NCBI GenBank assembly: GCA_031972475.1
Contig: DALYEP010000001.1
Coordinates: forward strand, 670,567-734,566
Direction of reading: 5' to 3'
DNA from: Candidatus Babeliales bacterium
GTDB taxonomy: Bacteria > Babelota > Babeliae > Babelales > CAIQNR01
Length of the DNA stretch: 64,000 nt
How positions within the stretch are numbered: the stretch's first letter is position 1; every line of letters begins with the position of its first letter. This document shows positions 19,166-29,907 of the stretch, piece by piece. The notes beneath the pieces are model-generated. The model was not told the DNA's origin, made no database searches, and worked only from the letters and a program-made list of their open reading frames with translations. Made by a program: the position numbers and the translations under genes.

Positions 19166-19173
19166 GATAGTAC

Positions 19174-19491
19174 ATGAAAGTATTTATTAATATTTTAATA
19201 AGGCTATTTTTTGTTTATTCTTTTTTTCCTGTTTTTTGTTCAGAAAATCAAGAACTATCTCCACTTCAAAAGCAACTTCAAGATTCTGTTTCAAGGGGTA
19301 TGGTTGTTTTTTTTTCAGCAGCTATTATTTCTGGTATTGAGCAAGCTGCAAGATTGTACGAAGAAGAAAATAATCAAAATCATTTTTTAAGTAATACTTT
19401 AAAGACATATAAAATGTTTTTGCTTATTAAAGCCACTAGTATAGGAATTGCTTCACCTTTATATCACTATTTTTTTAAAAAAAATAATTAA
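19174..19491 (+). CDS. Small membrane/exported hypothetical protein
   Basis: 105 aa, starting 9 nt after the rho stop. N-terminus MKVFINILIRLFFVYSFFPVFCSEN, plus two further hydrophobic segments. Confidence 0.5.
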   Translation: MKVFINILIRLFFVYSFFPVFCSENQELSPLQKQLQDSVSRGMVVFFSAAIISGIEQAARLYEEENNQNHFLSNTLKTYKMFLLIKATSIGIASPLYHYFFKKNN

Positions 19492-19499
19492 TAATTCTT

Positions 19500-19529
19500 T
19501 AGAAGCTTCAATTTTTTTTGAAGCTTCTA
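19500..19529. terminator. Perfect 11-bp hairpin between convergent genes (bidirectional terminator candidate)
   Basis: TAGAAGCTTCA (19500-19510), loop ATTTTTTT, then TGAAGCTTCTA (19519-19529). It lies between the 19174-19491 gene (+) and tsaD (-). Confidence 0.5.
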
Positions 19530-19550
19530 ATAAGACTTGTGAAGATTATT

Positions 19551-20573
19551 TTATAATATATCAAAATCTAATGAGTTAAACTCTTCTTTTTGTGCTTTAT
19601 AATGCCCAACAAATGCAATCATTCCCGCATTATCAGTACAATATTTAGGTGATGGGAAAAAGAAAGATATTCCATTTTTATCAGCTATTTTTTGCAATCT
19701 TGAACGAATATATTTATTACATGCAACACCACCAACAAATGCTAATGATTTATATTTATTAGGTTCAAGGCTTAAAGCTTTTTCTACTTTTTGCACAAAA
19801 ATATCAGCTACGCAAACTAAAAATGAACTGGCCATTTTATGTTTAAATTCTAATGAATGATCAAGTAGTATTTTGTTTTGTAAGTCGTATGCACCTTGTT
19901 TTACAGCATCATACAAAACGGCTGTTTTAAGTCCAGAAAAGCTAAACATAAGGTCGGAAGTTTTATTGCGAGGGTATTTAAAAAAATCTTCAAAATTAAC
20001 CTCGCTTGCAAGTTTTTCTATGATTGGTCCGCCGGGATAACCTAGTTGTAAAAGTTTTGCAACTTTATCAAAAGCTTCTCCTGCAGCATCATCAAGAGTG
20101 GTTCCTATGGTTGTATATTTACCATAATCTTCTATGGAATATATGCTGGTATGTCCTCCTGATGCAGTGATGCATAAAAATGGGAAAGGTATTGGGTTTT
20201 CTATGCATGCAGAAAACGCATGCCCTTCAAGATGATTAATTGCTATAATTTTTTTATTTAAAGACCCTGAAAGAGCTTTTGCAAAAGCAACTCCTATAAG
20301 CAGTGATCCTGGAAGTCCTGGCTTGCTGGTGACGGCAATTGCATCAATATCATTAAGAGTTATACCAGCTTTATCAAATGCTTCTTGTGTAATTTGGTTT
20401 ATTTTTTTTATATGTTCGCGAGATGCAATTTCAGGAACAACTCCGCCATATTTTTTGTGCATTTCTGTTTGAGAAAATAAAGTACTTGAAAGCATGCCAT
20501 TATCTGTAGTGTAAATTGCAGCAGCTACTTCATCGCATGAAGATTCAAGGCCAAGAATTGTATATTTTTTCAT
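19551..20573 (-). CDS. tsaD: tRNA N6-adenosine threonylcarbamoyltransferase TsaD
   Basis: 340 aa. ILGLESSCDEVAAAIY, the metal-binding HLEGH motif, and GGVACN near the C-terminus. Confidence 0.92.
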   Translation of the reverse strand: MKKYTILGLESSCDEVAAAIYTTDNGMLSSTLFSQTEMHKKYGGVVPEIASREHIKKINQITQEAFDKAGITLNDIDAIAVTSKPGLPGSLLIGVAFAKALSGSLNKKIIAINHLEGHAFSACIENPIPFPFLCITASGGHTSIYSIEDYGKYTTIGTTLDDAAGEAFDKVAKLLQLGYPGGPIIEKLASEVNFEDFFKYPRNKTSDLMFSFSGLKTAVLYDAVKQGAYDLQNKILLDHSLEFKHKMASSFLVCVADIFVQKVEKALSLEPNKYKSLAFVGGVACNKYIRSRLQKIADKNGISFFFPSPKYCTDNAGMIAFVGHYKAQKEEFNSLDFDIL

Positions 20574-21304
20574 GATATCCGTGTTTTAAATATTTGATTT
20601 TTAGGTAATTGTAGAATAACCCATTCTTCTTTTTTATGGAATCCATCAGTGTCTAAAGATGCAAATAAAGCAATATTATGAACGTATTCAAAAAGTTCTT
20701 TTTCTACATCAAGGTATATAATTGTTGGAAGTAAGACAGAAAATCCATTACTGTTCCAATTTATTTCTTTTTTTATTCCTTTAATAAGGTCTGCATCTTC
20801 TACAATTAAAACAGCAGATGATGGTATAGTAAATGGACCAACTCCTCTTGTTTCTTTAATATTCCAGAAGCATTCTTCTTTTGAAGATGGTGCCATTTCT
20901 CGTTTGAGCTCATAATGAATATAATTGCAGCCTAAAGGAACTTTAAGATTTTCAATAGTGTTATTTTCTGGCGTTGCTATTAAAGCTATAACAATATCAA
21001 ATGTTGAAATATGAAAATCATAACAGCATGTGTAGCTAAAAAATGGCACCTGGTCATTATCATAATTTTTTAAAAGTGTGATGAGATTTCCTTGGTGATA
21101 AACACGGGGGAGAGGGCATTTAGTTAAAGGAATGTTTTTTAAGGAAGATGGGAATCTTATTGATCCTATATATGAAATTGATTTTTTAACATTTTCTTTT
21201 TTAAATGTAATTGGTATTGAAGCAGCCTTATTTTGACCTAAAATGTCTTTTGCTAAAATCATCAAAGGTATTGCAATTAAGGATAGATATTTTTCTTTAA
21301 TCAT
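20570..21304 (-). CDS. Hypothetical exported/membrane protein translationally coupled to tsaD
   Basis: 244 aa with a hydrophobic N-terminus (LSLIAIPLMILA). Its TGA overlaps the tsaD ATG (ATGA). No family recognised. Confidence 0.55.
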   Translation of the reverse strand: MIKEKYLSLIAIPLMILAKDILGQNKAASIPITFKKENVKKSISYIGSIRFPSSLKNIPLTKCPLPRVYHQGNLITLLKNYDNDQVPFFSYTCCYDFHISTFDIVIALIATPENNTIENLKVPLGCNYIHYELKREMAPSSKEECFWNIKETRGVGPFTIPSSAVLIVEDADLIKGIKKEINWNSNGFSVLLPTIIYLDVEKELFEYVHNIALFASLDTDGFHKKEEWVILQLPKNQIFKTRIS

Positions 21305-21444
21305 GAAACATCCCTTTTTTAAAAGCTTGTTGTGTTTATTATGATTTGTTAAAATATATTCTATTATCTAAATTTTTAATATTACAAATCCGTAACTCAC
21401 TTTAAGTTTTTTATAACAAAAATAAATAGTAAATAAGGGGCAGT

Positions 21445-21906
21445 ATGTATGCACGTGCTAAAGCAGTTTTTAAAAGTTTTATAACAAAAGACGCTTCGCC
21501 TTTAAAATTAGCACTTGCAGTGAGTGTTGCTATGTATATAGCATGGTCGCCATTTTTAGGCTTTCATACGCTTATGCTTATTGCAGCAGGATGGCTTTTA
21601 AACTTAAATATTCCTTTTTTGATTGCTACTGGTTACATCATTAATAATCCATGGACAATGATTCCTATTTATATGGGTGGCTATATTTTTGGATATTGGT
21701 TCTTGCATTCCTTTTTGGGTGTTTCCGTAGAAGGATTAAATCCTGGTTGGATGGAATGGTTTAATCATAAAATAGTAGATTTTTTACATATTCAAGAGAT
21801 ATCATTTTGGGCATTTATGATAGGTGGAAATATATTAGGTATTATTTTTGCTTTTATTGTTTATCCAATTGCGTTGCGATTTATTAAAAAAATGGTCAGG
21901 GACTAA
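21445..21906 (+). CDS. DUF2062-like small membrane protein
   Basis: 153 aa with the pattern SPLKLALAVSVAMYIAWSPFLGFHTLMLIAAGWLLNLN...NNPWTMIPIY, typical of DUF2062 proteins. Confidence 0.6.
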   Translation: MYARAKAVFKSFITKDASPLKLALAVSVAMYIAWSPFLGFHTLMLIAAGWLLNLNIPFLIATGYIINNPWTMIPIYMGGYIFGYWFLHSFLGVSVEGLNPGWMEWFNHKIVDFLHIQEISFWAFMIGGNILGIIFAFIVYPIALRFIKKMVRD

Positions 21907-21916
21907 AGGATTTATT

Positions 21917-22372
21917 GTGAAAATAATTAGTAAAAACAAAAAAGCTTTTCATGATTATGAAATTATAGAAAAAATAGAAGTTGGCCTTGTTTTAAATGGA
22001 GATGAGGTTAAATCGCTTAGAGCGGGGCACGTTAATATGACAGGTGCCTTTGCAACAACTCATAATGGAGAGTTTTTTATGATTAATTGTCATATTTCTC
22101 CTTATGAAAAAGCATATATAAAGACAGATGATAATGCCAAAAGAAGTCGAAAATTATTACTTCATAAGCGAGAAATCAATCGCCTTATAGGTGATATTTC
22201 TTGTAAGGGGATAACACTGATTCCTTTATGCTTGTATTTTAATGATCGTAGCAAGATTAAGCTTGAGCTTGGTATTTGTAAGCATCGTAACGCTGCGGGT
22301 AAAAAGCAAGTTCTTAAAGAGCGTGATATTAAACGTGAAACCTCGCGTGAAATGCGTGATTATAAATCATAG
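21917..22372 (+). CDS. smpB: SsrA-binding protein SmpB
   Basis: The start is moved to GTG 21917 (VKIISKNKKAFHDYEIIEKIEVGLVLNGDEVKSLR), a canonical SmpB N-terminus. It has a C-terminal basic tail and lies directly upstream of the tmRNA. Confidence 0.9.
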   Translation: MKIISKNKKAFHDYEIIEKIEVGLVLNGDEVKSLRAGHVNMTGAFATTHNGEFFMINCHISPYEKAYIKTDDNAKRSRKLLLHKREINRLIGDISCKGITLIPLCLYFNDRSKIKLELGICKHRNAAGKKQVLKERDIKRETSREMRDYKS

Positions 22373-22429
22373 TAATTGTAAATCAATCTAAATTCATTTA
22401 AACTAAAATAATTAATCTTTGAAATGTTT

Positions 22430-22807
22430 GGGGGCGCACTGGTTTCGACGTGTTATTAAAGTTTGCAGAAGCATGCCGAGCTTTTATTGAGTGCTCGTAA
22501 AACAAACAGTAAAAACATAAATGCAAACAATGTATTTGCAAACCAAGCGGTTGCCGCTGCTTAACTTTAATAGTTAAACAGTCTTGTCTGATTAAACATG
22601 CTCATATGTTGAAAAAGACTCGTATAATAAAAAAAATGAGACTGCTGTAGTAGGTTATACCCGTTTGTAGTGCAGCAGGATACCAACGTGTCTTAAAGTA
22701 TCTTCCCGTTTTCCAGGTAATATTTTAAGAATTTTTGGAAACTAAGCATGTAGCGTCTGTTTTCGGTAATTTTACGGACATGGGTTCGATTCCCATCGCC
22801 TCCACCA
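22430..22807 (+). ncRNA. ssrA: tmRNA (SsrA), one-piece; predicted tag ANNVFANQAVAAA
   Basis: 5' GGGGGCG pairs with 3' CGCCTCC followed by ACCA, and includes the G3:U alanine identity pair. GGTTCGATTCCC forms the T-arm. The tag reading frame GCA AAC AAT GTA TTT GCA AAC CAA GCG GTT GCC GCT GCT TAA occupies 22523-22564. Confidence 0.9.
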
Positions 22808-23648
22808 TTCCCATATGTTCCATTAAAACATTTTTATCTAAGTAAAAATTTAATTTGTAGTCAGAGTGCTCTGCACAAATATCACGTAATATAGTGTCAA
22901 ATTTTTTATCAAAAAAATTCATATAAATTCTTATAATTTTTTTAAAATTTTCTGATAAATTGATTTTTTCATACATTTTTCTTTCTGGATAATACTTATA
23001 ATGTTGTAAATAAATATCGCAACCAGAAGTAGTTATCACTATTTGCTTTAAAAAAAATTCTTGGTCTATGAGTCTTTTATTAGAATGTTTTTCATACGCT
23101 AATAAAGATTTTTCTAGCTGCATTATATCACAAAAAAAACTTGCAAAGTCATCATCTATAGAGCTTTCGTTTATTAAATTATCATCATAATCATCATCTA
23201 CATTAGCTGGCGAGTTTAATCTTAGAAGTTCTTTTTCGCTAAATAATTCTGGATAAGGGCACTCTTCCTCTTCGCTTAATTCTAAATATTCACCTGCAAG
23301 ATTAAATCTCTCTTCAAAATTAAAATCTGTATCATTTATAGTTGAAGGTTTAAAAAACTTACTCATTTTAATTGCTAATTCTTTAATAAGAGATTCTCTA
23401 TCGGGGGTGCTTTTGGTTATTTCTTTTTTTAGTAATTGGCTGAAAATTGTATTTCTTGAAGAAGATTTGGATCTTATTGCTTGAGTTATAAGATCTCCAA
23501 GAAATTCTTCTCTTAATGATAATGATTGGTTTATTTCTTGAAATTCTAATTCGGGGTTTTGATCAAGGCAAAGGCGTTTTGGTTCAAAAGAAGATTCTTG
23601 TGCAAAACAATTATGTAATGCTAATAAAAATATTAATCTATAAAACAT
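22725..23648 (-). CDS. Hypothetical exported acidic protein; its 3' end runs antisense into the tmRNA gene
   Basis: 307 aa with signal peptide MFYRLIFLLALHNCFAQES and a D/E-rich middle. The last ~27 codons (22725-22807) are complementary to the tmRNA 3' domain. Confidence 0.5.
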   Translation of the reverse strand: MFYRLIFLLALHNCFAQESSFEPKRLCLDQNPELEFQEINQSLSLREEFLGDLITQAIRSKSSSRNTIFSQLLKKEITKSTPDRESLIKELAIKMSKFFKPSTINDTDFNFEERFNLAGEYLELSEEEECPYPELFSEKELLRLNSPANVDDDYDDNLINESSIDDDFASFFCDIMQLEKSLLAYEKHSNKRLIDQEFFLKQIVITTSGCDIYLQHYKYYPERKMYEKINLSENFKKIIRIYMNFFDKKFDTILRDICAEHSDYKLNFYLDKNVLMEHMGMVEAMGIEPMSVKLPKTDATCLVSKNS

Positions 23649-23856
23649 TTTTTATTTTTTTAAAGTTTAATTGTTATATTAATAATATTAGTAAATTTAA
23701 ACGACGTATTTTTTATGTAAAGATTTATATAAAAATAATTTCTATAAAGATCTATTAATTAAAATTAACAAATAAATCCTGGATTTAGGAGATGCTTTTA
23801 TTGTATTTTATAATCTTCAGATATGAATTATTATCGATAGAAAGTTTAGGGGAGTT

Positions 23857-26538
23857 ATGAATTACAATAATCAGTCAATTTCAGATTTAGAAAAAAAATT
23901 TAAAACTTCAGCAACTCGTGGACTTACTCAAGAACAAGCAGAAGAGTCATTAAAAATATATGGTAAAAATATACTGAGTAAAAAGAAATCTATCTCTATT
24001 CCTCATATTATTCTTCAGCAATTTATAAATCCACTTGTTTATATATTACTTGTTAGTTCTGCTGTTATTTCTATAACGGGCACTTATATTGATGCATGTA
24101 TAGTGCTTTTTATTGTTTTGCTTAATTGTACTATTGGGGCAATACAAGAACTTAGACTTGCTTATATTATAGGCCATTTAAATACATTGCAAAAGCGAGA
24201 TTATATTGTTATTCGCGATGGAAAAAAAGTTATTATCCCTGAAGACTCTATTGTTCCTGGAGATATTGTTAGTTTGCAGGATGGCCAAAAAGTTCCAGCA
24301 GATGGTCGCCTAGTAACAGCATTTGACCTTGTAGTTGATGAAAGTATGTTAACTGGGGAAAGTAAGCCTGTTAATAAAGTTGCGGAAATACTTAATGAAT
24401 ATGTTTCAGAAAGGCTTGATGCTCAACATGCAATGTTATTTTCTGGGACTTCTTTAATTAGTGGCTATGGAGAAATACTTGTTGTTGCTATTGGTAAGTC
24501 TACTGAAAGTGGAAAAATTCAAGCGTATATTCCAGAAATTGTGACCGATCTTCCTTTGCAAAAAGATTTAACTCGATTAATTAGAGTTGTTCTTATAACT
24601 ATAATAATAATTTGTACGACGCTTTTAATTTTAGGATTACTTGATGGAAAACCATTTGGCGAATTATTTGCTGCTCTTCTTGCTCTTTTTATGTGCGCAG
24701 TTCCTCAAGGTCTTCCTGTTATCATGACACTTATTTTGGCTGTTGGTTCTTATCGCCTTGCAAAACACCATATTTTGGCAAAACGATTACATGCTGTTGA
24801 AGCTTTAGGAAGGGCAGATGTTTTAGTTGTTGATAAAACAGGAACTTTAACAGGTAATCAATTGATGGTTAGTTCAATTGTAGCAGATGATAGGGTTTAT
24901 ACCCTTACAGGTTCTGGCTATGATCCAAAAGGTTCAATTTTGCTTAATAATGAAGTTGTGTTTTATGGTCATAAAGATTCATCTTTTGAAAAAATGTTAG
25001 AAGGTTCGTATTTGCTTAATAGATCACAAGTAACATTCAATCAAGAAGCACAAAGATTTGTTGTTAAAGGCAATCCTAATGAGGCTGCTCTTGGTATATG
25101 TGCAAAAAAAGCTGGCATTCCTGATGGAAGCTTAGAAGAAAGGTTTTTGCTTGTTTACGAGATACCTTTTCATGCAGATACGCAATTTCATGCATGTTTT
25201 TATAAAGATATGCAGCTTAATAAATTAGTAGTCTATACAACAGGCTCATTTGAAGGTTTTTATAAACAGGATATTAACTCAGAAAAGTTTTCTCAGGATT
25301 TGCTTGATCAGGCTTTGGCAGAAGGTAAACGTATTATGGCATTTGGTTATGGACAAAATGAAGTTTCATTGTTAGATGATATGCCAGAAAAGCATGATGA
25401 TAGAAAGCAATTTTTTTTAAAAATATTTAAACAATCAGTAACATCTTTAGGTTTTTTTGAAGTAGAAGATGCTCTTAGAAAAGATATTGATCTTACAGTT
25501 AAAGCTATTTCTGACGCAGGGATTCGTATTATTATGGCAACAGGAGATCATGTTATAACAGCAGAGCATATAGCAGAATCTGCTGGTATTTTTAAATCTC
25601 AAGGAATTGCAAAAGGAGCTTTTGAGATGACTGATGTTACTGATGGAGATTTAAAAGCTAACTTAAAGATTTGTTCAGTCTATGGTCGTTGTTTGCCTGC
25701 AGATAAACTCCGCATTATTACTTTTTTGCAAGAGCAAGGTCTTCGTGTTGCAATGGTAGGTGATGGCGTTAACGACGTTCCTTCTCTTGCAATGTCAGAT
25801 TTAGGTGTTGCAATGGGTATTTCTGGAACTGATAGCGCAAAAGAAGCAGCGGATATTGTTTTATTACAAGATTCTTTTGGGTCTATACCTTATGGGATAG
25901 CAGAAGGTCGTCATATTTTTTACACATTTAAACGTGTCATTTTTTATTTTCTTACTTCAAATTTTACAGAAGTTCTTGTTATGACTGTTGCTTTTATAGG
26001 ATTTCCACTTCCGCTTTTAGCATCGCATGTTTTATGGCTTAATCTTGTAACAGATGGCTTTTTAGATGCATCGCTTTCTTTAGAAGAACCAGAAAATAAC
26101 TTGTTGAATGTTTCATTTAAAAAACATATTCAAAGCCTTATTTCTTTTTCATCTATTTTGCATATTGTTTTTTTGGCAGCAATAAGTGCAAGTATAACAG
26201 GGATTGTTTTTATTTATTATTTAGATTGGCTAGGGATTGAGCGTGCTCGAACTATGTGTATGGCAACATTAACAGGATGCCAAATGATTAATGCTATTAA
26301 TGCCCGATCTCTGCATAAGTCTATTTTTAAACTTCCATTATGGGGAAACAGATGGCTTTACGCTGCTTTAGCGGCTATTTTTTTGATACTTTTTTCAATT
26401 ATTTATATACCAACACTGCAAATTGTTTTTAAAACAGTAACGCTTAGCTTTTTTGATTGGATCGTTGTTTTTTTAGTTGCATTCATTTTGTTTTGTATAG
26501 AAGAAGTAAGAAAAAAAATGCTCTCATTTTTTAATTAA
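23857..26538 (+). CDS. P-type cation-transporting ATPase (P2-like, Ca2+/Mg2+-type)
   Basis: 893 aa. N-terminal cation-ATPase domain (GLTQEQAEESLKIYGKN), TGES, phosphorylation site DKTGTLT, the GDGVNDVPSL hinge, and about 10 TM segments. Confidence 0.9.
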   Translation: MNYNNQSISDLEKKFKTSATRGLTQEQAEESLKIYGKNILSKKKSISIPHIILQQFINPLVYILLVSSAVISITGTYIDACIVLFIVLLNCTIGAIQELRLAYIIGHLNTLQKRDYIVIRDGKKVIIPEDSIVPGDIVSLQDGQKVPADGRLVTAFDLVVDESMLTGESKPVNKVAEILNEYVSERLDAQHAMLFSGTSLISGYGEILVVAIGKSTESGKIQAYIPEIVTDLPLQKDLTRLIRVVLITIIIICTTLLILGLLDGKPFGELFAALLALFMCAVPQGLPVIMTLILAVGSYRLAKHHILAKRLHAVEALGRADVLVVDKTGTLTGNQLMVSSIVADDRVYTLTGSGYDPKGSILLNNEVVFYGHKDSSFEKMLEGSYLLNRSQVTFNQEAQRFVVKGNPNEAALGICAKKAGIPDGSLEERFLLVYEIPFHADTQFHACFYKDMQLNKLVVYTTGSFEGFYKQDINSEKFSQDLLDQALAEGKRIMAFGYGQNEVSLLDDMPEKHDDRKQFFLKIFKQSVTSLGFFEVEDALRKDIDLTVKAISDAGIRIIMATGDHVITAEHIAESAGIFKSQGIAKGAFEMTDVTDGDLKANLKICSVYGRCLPADKLRIITFLQEQGLRVAMVGDGVNDVPSLAMSDLGVAMGISGTDSAKEAADIVLLQDSFGSIPYGIAEGRHIFYTFKRVIFYFLTSNFTEVLVMTVAFIGFPLPLLASHVLWLNLVTDGFLDASLSLEEPENNLLNVSFKKHIQSLISFSSILHIVFLAAISASITGIVFIYYLDWLGIERARTMCMATLTGCQMINAINARSLHKSIFKLPLWGNRWLYAALAAIFLILFSIIYIPTLQIVFKTVTLSFFDWIVVFLVAFILFCIEEVRKKMLSFFN

Positions 26539-26579
26539 ATAAAACATGAAAGCATTTTTTAATTCTTATAAAAGAAGAA

Positions 26580-26879
26580 TTATTTCTTAAAAAGAAGATA
26601 TAGAGCAAGTGATTGAGTATCTGGAGGAAATGGTTGAGCATTTCCGCTGTTAAAATTTTCAATAGGGGTTGTTCTTAACCTTTCAAATTTTTTATTTTCT
26701 TTTCTTTGCTCTTCTAGCCATTTTTTAAAATGGGATGCTTTGCCACATATTAAAGAATGTTTTTCTATTTGTGGTTTAGTGATACGACCATTATTGATAT
26801 GGTTTTGGCTGGATTCTTTTTCTGAGCAAAAAACAAAATTTGTGTAAAAAGAAAGTAAGAGTAATAACTTTTTGAACAT
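26580..26879 (-). CDS. Small exported protein, shared-signal-peptide array member C
   Basis: MFKKLLLLLSFYTNFVFCSEKE. Its signal peptide is nearly identical to that of the adjacent 26901-27545 gene, and it shares a PIEN motif near the C-terminus. Confidence 0.5.
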   Translation of the reverse strand: MFKKLLLLLSFYTNFVFCSEKESSQNHINNGRITKPQIEKHSLICGKASHFKKWLEEQRKENKKFERLRTTPIENFNSGNAQPFPPDTQSLALYLLFKK

Positions 26880-26900
26880 AAAGTGCCTTTAATTTTCTTA

Positions 26901-27545
26901 TTATTTTTTTGGAGATTTAAATGAAGCCAATATTCCTGCTGCAGAAGAAATATCTTCGGGGTTTTCAATAGGAGGCTTTCTTTTTACTGCAAAAGAAATT
27001 TGTATCTCTTCAGTTCTAATTTCAGACTCATCAAACTTAGAGGAATTTCTTTTAGAGGGAGTTATTTTGAAGAATTCTTGTTGTTGAGTAAGGAAATTTT
27101 TTAATGTTTTAAATTGTGTTTCTAGTTCATTTATTGTTTCTTCTTTATCATTCCTTCCTATTGCTAAAACAAGCCTTTCACGAATTGTTTTAAATGCTAG
27201 AAATAATGGATCTTTTAAAAGTATTGTTTTAGAGTCGTTAAAAAGCTCTTGAATTAGTTTTTTTTGCAATTCAGACGCTTCTTTAACAAGGCGTTCAGTT
27301 GGAAAAGATTCGTCTTCTTGCGCTGATTGTTTGAGTTTGTTGCAGGCATCTTGTAGTGCTTCTACTCTTAAAATTAATGCTTGTTGTTTTGGAGTTAGTT
27401 CACTAACTCTATATTCAAGCGATCCATGTGAGTTTTCATAACACAAAGAGGCAGATTCTATTGTAGGGTCATATAGAGTTAAATGTTCAGAGCAAAAAAG
27501 TGAATTTGAATAAAAAGAGAGAAAAAGTAATAGTTTTTTTAACAT
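26901..27545 (-). CDS. Exported coiled-coil protein, shared-signal-peptide array member B
   Basis: MLKKLLLFLSFYSNSLFCSEHL, followed by a helical heptad-like E/K/Q/L-rich body. 214 aa. Confidence 0.55.
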   Translation of the reverse strand: MLKKLLLFLSFYSNSLFCSEHLTLYDPTIESASLCYENSHGSLEYRVSELTPKQQALILRVEALQDACNKLKQSAQEDESFPTERLVKEASELQKKLIQELFNDSKTILLKDPLFLAFKTIRERLVLAIGRNDKEETINELETQFKTLKNFLTQQQEFFKITPSKRNSSKFDESEIRTEEIQISFAVKRKPPIENPEDISSAAGILASFKSPKK

Positions 27546-27554
27546 AAAAGATCC

Positions 27555-28031
27555 TTAATCATTTGTTTGTTTTTTAAAATTTTGAATTAATTCTTTAATT
27601 TTATCTAAATTTAATTCTGTTATTTCTTTATATCTTTTTTCATTTTCTTCTAATTGTGATAAAAGCTCAGGAGAAATGTTTTCTAAGTTTTGAATGGACC
27701 ATTCTTTTTCTTTTTGCGCTCTTTCAAGCAATAGTTCATTCTGAAACAAGATGTTTGCGCTTTCTCCAAGAGCACGGGCATCTTTATTTATTTCTTTTAA
27801 ATAATCTAAAAGTAAAAATACTCCATCTTTGATTGCGGCCTGTCTTAGATAAAAAAAATGGAAAGTTGCTTTTTGCCGCTCTGTTAACTTTGCTTCTGGA
27901 TACATGTAGTGTTTCTGGTCCTTGCTTAAATAATAAAATCTTTCCTCATTATTCATTCCGAGCAATACTATTCTTTCATTGCAAAATAAATTTATACAGG
28001 AAAGAAATAATAAAAATAATATTTTTTTCAC
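27555..28031 (-). CDS. Exported coiled-coil protein, shared-signal-peptide array member A
   Basis: MKKILFLLFLSCINLFCNER, followed by an E/K/L-rich helical body. 158 aa. Confidence 0.55.
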   Translation of the reverse strand: MKKILFLLFLSCINLFCNERIVLLGMNNEERFYYLSKDQKHYMYPEAKLTERQKATFHFFYLRQAAIKDGVFLLLDYLKEINKDARALGESANILFQNELLLERAQKEKEWSIQNLENISPELLSQLEENEKRYKEITELNLDKIKELIQNFKKQTND

Positions 28032-28189
28032 GAGTTCATTTTTCTTTTACAGAGATGTTTTTATGAATAATTATTACAGTTTAGAATATTTTATCAGTGA
28101 TGGGTTTTATTACAATTTTTTATTAGCATAACTTACTCTTTTTAAACTTTATATTTTATAAAAATATATCTAAACTTTATATTGTTTAA

Positions 28190-29899
<1,710 letters not shown>

Positions 29900-29907
<8 letters not shown>

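Noticed and set aside
22808-23856. Possible genomic island integrated at the tmRNA 3' end
   Set aside because: tmRNA genes are classic integration sites. Here there is no integrase, no direct repeat of the tmRNA 3' end downstream, and only one hypothetical gene before ordinary chromosomal genes resume.
26765-26968. 67-aa ORF bridging the 26580 and 26901 genes
   Set aside because: It spans the intergenic gap in a third frame and overlaps both better-supported signal-peptide genes. No motif.
19174-28031. Reading the conserved ...[LV]FC[SN]E N-termini as canonical lipoprotein lipoboxes
   Set aside because: A canonical lipobox needs a small residue (G/A/S) immediately before the Cys. Here it is Phe. 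I keep the motif as a finding but reject a standard Lgt/LspA lipoprotein call.
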